A stretch of 64,000 nucleotides of DNA from Phoronis australis (lineage: Eukaryota; Animalia; Phoronida): contig NMRA01000072.1 of the NCBI GenBank assembly GCA_002633005.1, positions 392,952 to 456,951 on the forward strand. Reading direction: 5' to 3'. The notes under the pieces are model-generated. The model saw only the letters and a program-made list of their open reading frames with translations. It made no database searches and was not told where the DNA came from. Below are positions 1 through 11,328 of the stretch, piece by piece; positions within the stretch are counted from its first letter, which is position 1; each line of letters begins with the position of its first letter. The position numbers were made by a program, and so were the translations under genes.

Positions 1-839
1 GATTACCTGAAGACATGATGCTTCTTCTCTGTACCGACTACCAGGCAAAATAAAACTCGAAAGGCAGTAAGTTCAAATAACGGCGGGAGCGATAATCTCG
101 GCAGTTCTCGTTAACAGCGACATTGTTTGGCTGACCTATAAACTACTAGAGCGCGTGGATGAGGGCAGTTTTTGCCAAACGTCCTGGGAAAAGGAACCGA
201 AACTTTGGTCCAGGTTTTACTGAAGTTGTGGGATCTCCCACAAGTGAAACTCAGTCGTCGAGAAATTACCGAAATTACACATCATGAACAAATCGCAGTA
301 ACTTCAGGCATTTAGGAAGAGTTTTGGACAGCGCGCTCTAGTGGGAGTTGTTAGAACTAGAACGATAAACACGGAAGTTTGATCTTTTTGCGTGCTCTGG
401 TGCAAAGTTCAAACTCTGCTTTGAGGTTAGCTTACATGCATCTGTTCGTGAGAATCTCAGTCTTCGAGTTTGAGCATGTTGGATAGCCCATTGGATGTGC
501 TGAAATCTCAAGAACTTGGTAATGTCAAATATAATGTAGCTTTGGTGCATGGATTTTGGTAATTTATATAGCATAAAGACCATACAGTCTTCCTGGCCAA
601 TGTTTTAGGCAGGGGGCCCATGTATCCTGCATCAAGATTAAAGTCAGCTTCCTGAATCAAGTTGTTGTTTTGAAGTTGACTGCGTATTAGTTTCAGCTTG
701 TGAGGAAACTGATTCTCAAAGTGCAAATTCTTTAACTAGTGTGACCATGATGTTTTGGCACAGAATTAATTATTAACACTGTCTTTATTTTCGTGAAGTT
801 TTCCGCTGACAAAATAATCATCATTGTTATACTTTTCAG

Positions 840-1021
840 GTATTACCATTGGGATATTTTCAACTTTAATTGTGGTATACATCGCGTTGGCCATTTTTGT
901 GTACAAACCGTTCAGATACAACACTTCAAGCAGATTTAGAAGACTAAGGGATACGTCATTAAATTCCATCGAAGAATCAGGAAGTCAGCATGGATATGGT
1001 GCTACAGCTCATAGTGAATGA
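840..1021 (+). CDS. Terminal coding exon of an unidentified single-pass membrane protein (upstream exons unresolved)
   Basis: Acceptor ttttcag|gt at 838-839. Encodes a hydrophobic segment ITIGIFSTLIVVYIALAIFVY, then a basic juxtamembrane tail KPFRYNTSSRFRRLR...GYGATAHSE and a TGA stop. Family not recognised. Confidence 0.5.
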
Positions 1022-3245
1022 TTGTTATCTGTGTGATTTCCACGGGCTTGAGGACGAGACACGCCATGTGGTGCTAAGTTTGACTGGAGAAAGTGAAACA
1101 CATCACCATTTACAATCTTTTTAGTTTGGTGATTGTCACTGTTGCAAGTTAAAGTGCCAAATAATGGATGCTGATTCATGTCCTGAAAGCAGTGACAGTA
1201 CTATATTTACTTGAGACGAGATGTTTTTGTGGAGTTAAATTCAGAGAAAGTGAACATTGGGCTTTCTGGTGCATGCTTGTGCGACAAAATTGCTTATATT
1301 GGGCTAGTACTTAAAGAAAGTTAACAATTTTATGTGATAGCTTTGCATGAGAAGTGTCAAAGGCCATCCCAATGGTACCTCATATAGGAGGCTACAGTTC
1401 TTTGCAATGTCATTATTCCATACCGTATCCGGGCATATTTAGGCCCATCAGCCTATGTGGGAAGGTATGCCTGAAGCCAAGGAGAAAATTTTAAAAATAA
1501 CATGCAAGTCAAGTATCCTGTGCGGAATAGTTGACATTTATTCAATTCATTAATTATTTAAAGCAGATATAAACCCACAATATTCTGTCCAAGAAGCGAA
1601 CTTTTGATTTAAACCAGTACTAAATTTGGTCACAACTTATTACTTACTCAGATGAGCAGCAATTTCAAGTTTGCAAAGAACTGGCAGTTTGTTTTTCCGT
1701 GAGACCAGAGACCAGAAAAAAATGAAATATATTATATACTGTGAAAAGACAACTTGTACATCCTGATCTCAAACAGTAACGATTAGCAAGAAGTCAAGTT
1801 GATTTTTGTAATGGAAATGGGTTTTAAATATTAATAAGTACTAAGAACATACAAAATACACTCTACACACAGTTTAACATGTGTACATATACATAGCCTC
1901 CCACACCTATAAGTGAAGCTTTGGTACATCCACCTCTACTGTTACACTTGGGTAAAGAACTTCTTAACTGAAAAAAATCATGTTATTGCGTATATAGGGG
2001 TGGGGGCTTAAATATGCACTATATATGATTTAATTTAAATGAAGTGCTATACTCCTTATTAAAAAATAAGTGCATCAACATTATAAATTTATTAAAAACA
2101 ATGGACAGTGAGAGGCTGTGTTCTACCTCACACAAAACATTTTGCCACTTGAATAAGTGATATGAAATTTTACAAACACATTACATTGGCACACAGAACA
2201 AGATGACAAAAAGATTACAGGCATTCCACCAGAAATTCTCAACACAATTTATAAATAGCTTGTCAAATTAATGATTAAAAATAACATTAAACCTAAGTTT
2301 ATGACATTGAACAAATCTAATAATTTCAAACATTGTCTGGCTCTACTCCATAAGATTCTTACAACCTGCCGTAACAATGAGGATATTATGTAGCGTCCAT
2401 AAACACCATTTTGGGGCAAACAACCCAAGGTGTGGATCGATAAACCTCTATCTGATGTGTTAATTGGCAGCTGTCAAGTTTTAAGCATTTATTAATACAC
2501 TGAAATGTACAATGGAGACTGACAAATCACTGCAGTTATCAGCCATTGAAATGTGCATATGTAGCTGTATTTCGCCATATATTCGGCTAAAATGATGAAA
2601 TATCAAATAGGGTCATTTCCTAACATTCCTTACAGTGATATGGTCCTATTTCCCGTTACCAACAAGGACATCGAAAACATCGACTCAAAAAACACTTCAG
2701 AATTTATTGGGGTTATTCAACCCTAAAACTGTGAAATTAAAAATGGTGCGTGTATGCTTTGCCTGTGACTAGAGTTGGCAACAAAAATGGAATAGTATCA
2801 TGGTAAGGAATATTGAGAGACCATTTTTATGAGACTAAAAGGCTAATTCGATTTTGTTTCTTAGCCAGCTAAATAGGACAAAATGCAACTTATTTAATGT
2901 GCTTTATAAAGGTAAAGATTACGATAACTTAACTTTCCAATACAAGATAAAATACTGCAGTTAAAGTGCCTTAAAGTTAAATGGCATGTTCATAAGCACT
3001 TTAAACTGCAAGGTAATTTTAACCCAAATAATAGCAAAGGTAAAACGCACAACGTTTGCTCTTTGTATAGTAATAAATGACAATGCACACATTGTAACAT
3101 CCATGAACAACAAGAGCAAGTGATCACATTCACAATTAAATAACGGCTCCTCTTTCAACTGCAGTCTGTGAAGAAAACAGCAACTTCTCTAACAAATAAA
3201 TAACAGAAGCAGTAATAACAATTGTTCGTTAATTCTGACCCGCCT

Positions 3246-6200
3246 TCACTCAACATAGTCAAAGTCCTCGGGAATACCAAACTGTTTATCCATCTCTTTC
3301 ATGTCAAAAGTGAATTTTTTCTGTATCCATGACTTTATTGAAAATACGTTATCTGAAAAAGCAATGTTAGACATTTATTCGAGAATTGAGTTGTTGAACC
3401 TGACTGCGAGATTAGGATGATTGTACAGAAGCTCAGAGGAGTATATTTGCCAATTAATAGTTGTTAAGAAATTTACTTATTTCTATGGACTTCACTATTT
3501 TCTCTAAGCATCTTCCTTAACAGTGCAGTAAAAAGCAAGAACTACAAATAAGTCCCACACAGTGCAAATTCAGTCAAACAGAAGTGACTAACTTCAAGCT
3601 CAAAAAAATTGAGGTCGAAGAGGTGAATCTTTTCATTGAACCAACCTGGCAATGACCAACATTTAGTTCAAGACGTTAACATAATTAGGAATGCTAAATC
3701 ACGATATTAGTGAAAAAAGTAAAGGGATTGGCTACAAAGCATGATTTAAAACAACGGTGACGAAGCATGGCGGTAATGTAACAAAGAGACAGCAGGTCAC
3801 GTCTTCCTCATGACATATTTTATTAAACTGAATAAAACCATAGGCTCATGGAAAAAGTGAATGGTAGCAACACACAACAAATGGCATTTAGTGTCAGCTG
3901 TGTGACCATTTGGAGCACTTGGACATTTTTGCATATTCAAAATTCCACTCGGGATGTTTCGTAACTTGAACTGCAAATGACCAAACCTCATTCATTCGGT
4001 GAGTCACGTGACTTTCAAAATGAAGAATAATTGATCTTCCTTGCAAATCAGTAAGACATTCACTTTGTGTAAAGAGGCATAAATTTCCGCACAAGGTTTG
4101 ATTGACACCTGACAAAACCACAAGCAACCAAGTCTCGAAAATTCTCCATTTTGAAAGTCGACACATCACTGACGTTTCACAGTCCTTGTAAACGTATCCC
4201 TGACGTGAAGAAATATTCTTGCAGAATGCTGGCAATAAGCACTGACAACTCATTACACAGGATTGATAATTTTTGCAGCACCTTAGAAAACAAGCACGCC
4301 ATAAATTACCCTTTTCATTAAGTGTTCGCCTACATAACCCACTGTGAAGTACAAGTTTTTCGCCATAAACCCAGGTGGCATCAGGGGTCAATTGTGCCAT
4401 GATGTGGCCAGGCACCATTGTCCTTTTTGTTTTTGTATGGACAGAGAGAGTTCCCATGGATTGTGGGAAATCTGATTCCTTCATAGGAAAAGAAACTTGT
4501 ATTTCAAGTCAACAGGTGGTGAGAAGAATGGATACCCACGAATCTCTTACTGTGGGAGGAGCATGCATCACTTTTGCCTACCGGGATTTTCCACAGATAA
4601 GCCCATGAGCGTGTATTCGGAAAATTAAAATTTTCAGGCTTTTCAGTAATGTCCGGCCGTTTATTCCGATGGAAGTGTGTGTAAACGGAAAGTCATAGCC
4701 TCAGCTGATATGAAAATATCAGCGATTGATTTAAATAAAAGTGTGCCTTTTAATTTTAAGTTAATAAATACATACTTCGCCAACAATTGTTTATTTTTAT
4801 AAATGACAAATGCTCCACAAAATTGAATTTGTGACCAAAAGTTGACACTAAGTGGGTTTTAAAAGGAAATTTTCTGAATAAACGCCCCACTATCTGGACA
4901 CTTGACACCAGACAATGTAACACCAAATCAACACCCATGGGCTTTTATTTGGCATAATTTTCCGAATAAACGCCCACTGACGTTTCATCGGGTGGGCTTA
5001 TCTACCGAAAGTCCTAGTATCGAAGTAGAGGAGCAAGTATTTTTAGAATACTCTTCACTCTGGTCTTTATGCCTGACTTTCACAGAATACCCACCAGTCC
5101 ACCTGTTTGCTGCATCCTTAGCAGTGTCTGTTTCTAGTCTCATCCCTTCAATAACCTCAGGATCGCATTCCCTGTAGCGCTCCAACTCTGTCTCAAGCTT
5201 CCTCTTAAACTCCTTCTTTTCCTCAATCTTGTGTAGAAGGTCTGTGCGTTTGTCCTGTAAAATAGTCAGTTCTAGGTAAACGGCTGGTGCTTGAATCTGA
5301 CTGGTACAGTTGTAATTCACTGCCAAGGTAATGTGAAAAAGGAATCAGGACAGCACAACACAATGGCTTACATCTTTTTATCACATCCCTATGTTTGACC
5401 TTTAGTCACCAACTTTCCACATGTCAATCCGAATGATTGGACAAATGACAGCTTTTGGGTTATAGAAGACCTAACAATTGAATTGTTCATTTAAAGAAGT
5501 CTCAGTCACATTTTTCAGTTTGTTCGTTGCCAGAGTTAGGCTAAAAGCAACATAAACATAGCACAAACAAGTGTAAAAATGTGTAAGTTTTTGACAAGTA
5601 ACAAAATTTCAGTTCTTAATTCTGACAACTCAAGGGCAGACATGGGACAGGACCAAGACCAAGGGATTTCATCCACCAGAGGGCACTACTCATAGAACAT
5701 GTCATCGCAGCACACAGTCAATCACATCAATACAAAAACAACTGGTTAGGGATTCAACACCACCTCAGTCTATAGCCAACCACAAACTGTCATTAGTTTT
5801 CTGTGCTTTGACAACACCTTACCGACTCTTCTCGTCCAACAGAAGTTTTTTGTATCTGTTGATCTATTGACCTCCTCTTGCTTTCTACCTCTTTTAACCG
5901 CTCTGTAAGGTCACTTATCTTTCTTTTTCTCTGAAACAGTTTATGCAACAGAGTAAATGATAGCACCATTATTTTTACAGGCAAAAATGCATATAACAAA
6001 CAAGTAAAGAAGCACATTTTAGATAAACAAAATCTGTGCATACACTTGATTGACGTTGCCACTTCTGTTCTAAGGTGAACCGGTTAAGACATCTGGTTGG
6101 TTCTCAATGACGACGTTGTGCTTAAAAACCAGTCAAATGTCATACCCGGTGGAACCAGAGAAGTCAATCAAGTGCAGCCAATGAATCTGATGCTCTTTCA

Positions 6201-9200
6201 TTATTACTACAAGAAGAAAAATCCATTATGTCATATCCAAGCTGATCAAAATGTTTTTGAAAGACAGCAAAAACTCGCGAATTAAACTGTCAACACTGAA
6301 CTAATAACTTACCATCTATCTAGGACTGTTTGTTATTCTGATTCACTGTGTCTGGCTCATGTAAGGAGGTTCTTGTATTCCCTGTGCAGTTGCGTTTCTA
6401 CTGACACATCACAATTTACTACAACTTGCGACAACTTTTACATACATTTTGACTAGCTTTGCTTGAGAAAGCCCAGAAGTAGACGGATGTTCCTATCTTG
6501 TCTGTATCCACCATGCCGTCATCAACCAAGCTCTGCAAAATCTCTTTTACAGACATCGATGTGATGCCTTTCTCTTTCTGGCAAAGTCTCTCCAGTTCCT
6601 TGAGTAGGAAGAAGTCTTTCTATAGCAAGATAGTTGAAATGCAAAGTGTGAGATACATGGTAGTGTGCGTGCCGGAAAGGGGCAAGAGACCTGGGAGGTA
6701 GGGCCACAATGTTGAATAATATGCAGTTAAAGAGCAACTAAAGCCAGTTTTGGTGATTTCACCTGAAACTTGTGTTATCTGCTATTATGCAATTACTACA
6801 CTGTACATCACCAGAGAGACTTCAGTCCTTATCTCCAGTGAAAATCTTGTTCAAAAACTCGGAAATGTATACCAAATTAACTAATATGTAAAAGGTTATA
6901 ATGTTTTCTCTCTTTTTTTCCTTTCAAATTACAAACCTTTTTCCAAACAAATGTGTACCAACTATTCTCATCTATTTACATGACCAAAGTTCCTTGTACA
7001 TTCACTTCAAGTTGTGCTTGATAATGTTTTGATATCACCTGTGCATAAACTTTTGGTACGTTGGTTGTTTCACATTTTGGCTTGTGTACGTTTAGCACAT
7101 TTGTTGGTCTATTGTCCAAATGTACAGCTATATTTGTTTGCATATGATGTAAACGTAGCGTTAAATATAATTGTTTTCTCGATCAGCAAAAATTTTCCTC
7201 ATTATGTCACAAAATGGACCCTGTGATTTGAGATGCAACCACCCAAATTGTCAGGACACTTGCTAACTATGCCAACTCTGACAGATCAAGTTAACAAGCT
7301 TTTTTAAAATCTTTGACAGTTGGCGAGTATTACAGAAAGCTGTTTTGTTTTAAACGTTTAAGTGTAGTTAAAATAGAACAAGAAAAGCAACTAGATCTCT
7401 AAAATAGATCGATCCCTTCAAATGCAGGAAATAAAAACTGAATGTGCATTTGTGAATTCAAGCTACATGGGCACATGAGCAAGAAAAATTTAATTTGTCA
7501 TTTGATACTGATGTATTACCAAAACTAAATTATTTGGCAGAATTACATACAATCTTTTCCATCAGTCCGAAGTAGTATGGTCTTTACATGATGTAAGACA
7601 GGGTGTTTTATTTAGTCGAAATGAGAATATACCTTTTCATAGAAAAACTCCATCATTCTAGACCTTTTCTCTTCAACACTCAATCCACGTTTCTTTGACT
7701 GAAAGCAGAAATTTAGAACTGTGCATCAATAAAGACCGCTTGAAAATATAACCTTGGTTTCCCACAAACATCTGTGTCTGTCAACTCATCCTGCGTTTAA
7801 AGGGGAATATGTTACATTTTAAGGCATTTTGTTAGGCTTGTAATTTGTTCAATTTGGCATATTTCACTCACTTGAAACTTTTGAGTCAATAACACACAAC
7901 ACTACGTCTCTTGCCACGAAAAATGGCCAGTGGCTGATTTGGGAAACTGAAAGAAGGACATTTGCTCGAGCTGGGACTAGAGTTAAAGACATCAAGGGCC
8001 TCCTAAGGTGTTCTAGCTTCTATGCGCAAAAGGTACTTATAGCAACATGACTTTGATGACTCAATCAGTGTTTGGCATAATTCTCCTAAAACCTTCCGGC
8101 GTACGGAGAACCTAGCTATGCTATTGCCATGGCCCGGGATGGCCATCGTCTCTGGAGCCAGTTGGGACGGTAGCCACGTATGCCTCTACTGTCTATGTGA
8201 AATACAGTGAGTCAGTAACTCCATCACCAGTCTCGAACTACAACAAGCTGTCTTCTTCGGATTTCTAAACAAAATACTGTACCATTCTAACTGCCACAAC
8301 TGTAAGAACTTGGCCCTTGTCTTCGTTTTCTGAAACTAACAGCTAATGATCGAAACTACCGCGCGGTGACGTAGATGTTGTAGCCCATGTTCAAATTGAA
8401 CCACTTCAATACTTGTACTCTAGGCACAATAGGTGAGCTAAACATGTTCAGACGCTTGTAATGCCTGTGGGCACAACTGAGTCAGTCCGGCAGCCCCTCA
8501 AGTTCATTGGATTATTGTTTAACTCGCTCCGATTTCATTGACAGGTAGATTTTGAGGCTAATTAAGATGGTAATAAACCCTCTCACGTCATTTGACGTCA
8601 CTGGAAACTGAACAATCATATTACATATTTTCCAAGTTGTGCACACGTTTATCATGTGGCGCCTGTTTTGAGCACTAGGCCCTCACTACTGTCAGAATGA
8701 CAGAAATAGCCTACCAGCTGTTAGTGCCAGCTACGGTACCGTGAGGCCGGTCACGCTGCGCTTTGACTTGAACTGTGAATGAATTCTAGCTAGCGGCTGC
8801 AAACACACCCCGGCGGCCGGCTACTGCCTGAATTGTTCATGTGATTCAGTAATTTTCAAGTCAACCGTTTTCCGAAAATAGCGGGCCACAGAGAAGAAAA
8901 CTAGTTATTGTGATGATTCCGATGACTCGGCAAAGAACTGTTTCCGATAATGATTCCTGTATGACCGAGATACGACAAAAATTAAAATGGTCTGAATAAA
9001 TTTGCCGTCTTTTCCCAAAAGCAGTTGAAAAATTGCAGTAGTATATAGGCCTATAGCCGTCGCGCATATGCTCATGACGGAAGACTGATTGAGCACGCCT
9101 GCCTGGAGCACTTGCAACGGACTTGGTTTTCCGTGCCAGCGAGTTCATCAACATTTTCCCCGAGGGTAAAAGATAATAAACTTAGTGGCCTAGACCAATG

Positions 9201-11243
9201 CGTAGAGAAACAGATGTCCGGCCGGGCGCGATAGGTTTCACCAATGCAGCCTTTGCTGTGGGCCCTATCCAGTCTGGGGCTCACTCACGCTAAGGAGCGG
9301 TTACCGCTCTATGCATTCAATTTCAGTATGAATAAATGCTCGGATCTTTGACCCTCTTTTTCATTTCTGGAAACATGTATATTGAGAAAGAGCACTGTAA
9401 GCTGGCCCGGGCGCTAATAGACCAAAGTATTTTCGCCGGACACATGCATGTTTAACATAGTCACGCAATTCATTCTGTCCTCATCACTGTCAACAACGGA
9501 TTTTGTCATTTTGTAGCCGGCTCTGCTCATAGCTACTTACTCCAAGAAGCCTTTTCTGGTATCATTTCTGGCCGCTTCGGCCGGCAAAGGTCTGCATACG
9601 TGCTAGAAGCGTTGTCAGGTGTGATTGTGTCCAATTTAGTTTCCGGTATATCCGATATTTTTCTGACTTTTATATTTCAAGTTTAAACTGCCGGAGTGTT
9701 TATGTATTCAGTATTATTTCCCGGCCTGCCGTAAATGTTTAGGTTCGCGTGCTAGTACTGAAGCCTAACCTGGGCCCGGTCTCCAATCTTTTTACTCGAA
9801 ATGGAACTCGAAACTAGGTTTGGCATTTTCTACTCTACTTTTGGGCGAACTCAAGATAAGTGTCTATTATTCTATGCTCGAGTACATAATAACTTACGTA
9901 GATAATTTATTGCCCTCAGTTTGTAAACCCAATATTAAGGCAATCAAAAGTTCGAGTTTGAACTCGAAATTTCGAGTTTTTACCCGAGTTTGCCTAGCAC
10001 GAATATAGGGTCTTCAAGGGCAATGAACTAGAAACTCCTATGCATAAAGTATAATGTATTCGAGCACAGTCTGATAACCAATTATCTTAAGTTCGCACAA
10101 AAGCAGAGAAATTGCCAAAAATAGTTTCGAGTTCGTTAGTACAAAGATTAGAGACCGGGCCCAGGTTCCCAGCCAGCTCACTGACAAGCTGACGTCTTAC
10201 GCCCAACCAACCTCGCGGGTCTGTGCCGGAGACTATACTGAAGCCGTGCTCACTGTACGTTAATTGACATCCGGATATTTAGCATGCATATATACTGTGA
10301 GTCGAAATTTATCATGATGACAGTCCTCACTGAGCTCTCAGTTCGTTGAAAACTTTAGGATTTTCAGGACCCGCGTAGTCTGGTAAGACATGACTGAACT
10401 GCAATTACAAAAGTGCCGAATTTACCTCACCGGACGGGCATTTGGTTCACTACTCACGGTTGATCTCTCACTCTACGCATGGCGGGGTGGCTAACTGCCT
10501 CGAGCCGGGCCACCGGCCGGGTCCCCTCTGCCATGGGTAACAACATGTTTTTCTCATGAACATAATTCTAAGTTAGTCGGTATACTACAGGACGCCGAGT
10601 TTCGCATCTTTCAGTCTGCGCATCGTATATGATGGGGCATTCGGTTTTACCGACGACTGCCGCGGCCGGACTGAAGGCCGACAAGGTCCGCATGATCAAA
10701 ATTTATTGCCGACTTTTCGGAAACTCGTAAGTTTGTAATATCTAGTTTCATCATGCATTTCCACATGAATTCCGGCACACTCATTCAACGGCCGGCGGAG
10801 TGGTAATTAAAAAACTGAGGATTCAAGAAAAACTTAAAACTGCAGGCCTAGCTGGTCCCCACGTTGACTCGCGAAGTGACACTGATCATCGCGTCATTCT
10901 AACCACCTGATCCAAATCATAGAACTCTCAATCTAGGCCTGACTAGAGGCGGATCCAGGGTCAAAAGAAAACAACTTTTCTAACACGGAAACGGTCGCTG
11001 AAGAGCCCTGTTAAGCTTGTCTCATCTCAACTTAGTACAGAATTTCAAGAAGGTGCTTTTACCACATTCACTGGTAATGGCAACCCTTTCGTGTTTTTAA
11101 GTTAATGATGATCTGTGAATCAGAACTGTGTGTTACAAAGAGAAAAATATAGAATGCATGCATATAGTTTAGCTACAGTTTCATAGAATTAACAACTTTA
11201 CATTTCTAACACAGAAAACGTTCAAGTGAGCAGCAGTGAACAT
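3246..11243 (-). CDS. MND1: Meiotic nuclear division protein 1 (Hop2-Mnd1 recombination complex subunit)
   Basis: Exons on -: 7698-7633 ([22 protein letters not shown]), 6619-6446 ([54 protein letters not shown]), 5930-5823, 5254-5095 (...DAANRWT), 3352-3246 ([14 protein letters not shown]...[12 protein letters not shown]). All GT-AG with matching phases; 204 aa plus start Met. The start exon is uncertain; best candidate is 11243-11202. Confidence 0.95.
4581..5017. mobile_element. Tc1/mariner-like MITE in MND1 last intron
   Basis: Imperfect TIRs CCGGGATTTTCCACAGATAAGCCCA / TGGGCTTATCTACCGAAAGTCCTAG, with TA on both sides (4579-80, 5018-19). Internal GAATAAACGCCC repeats. Confidence 0.7.
7801..7870 (+). 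mobile_element. Left end of a TTAA (Kolobok-like) element related to the 32933-33652 copy
   Basis: ttaa|AGGGGAATATGTTACATTTTAAGGCATTTTG matches ttaa|AGGGGAATGTTAACTTTTTAAGGCATTTTG at 32933. No right end found. Confidence 0.55.
9767..10167. mobile_element. MITE with long terminal inverted repeats (PIF/Harbinger-like GGGCCC ends)
   Basis: AACCTGGGCCCGGTCTCCAATCTTT at the left and AAAGATTAGAGACCGGGCCCAGGTT at the right. Similarity extends to ~50 bp, with internal AACTCGAA repeats. Superfamily assignment is inference. Confidence 0.8.
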
Positions 11244-11328
11244 GGTAGGTCAAAAGGTCAATTCCGTCAGCGTGTTTGTTCCCGCGAAGTCGTTTACAAC
11301 TTAGCAAAACTGCAAACTTATTGCCAAG
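11244..11328. promoter_or_regulatory. Putative bidirectional promoter MND1/TMCO6 with DR2 and E2F motifs
   Basis: Lies between the candidate MND1 start (11243, -) and the TMCO6 ATG (11329, +). AGGTCAaaAGGTCA at 11247-11260; TTCCCGCGAA at 11279-11288. Confidence 0.6.

Noticed and set aside
71-250. In-frame TGA read-through (selenoprotein) in the first 250 bp
   Set aside because: No redox motif and no convincing SECIS downstream.
3894-4484. 196-aa ORF inside the last MND1 intron
   Set aside because: No recognisable domain, Cys/Leu-rich composition typical of chance or repeat-derived ORFs, and MND1 is complete without it.
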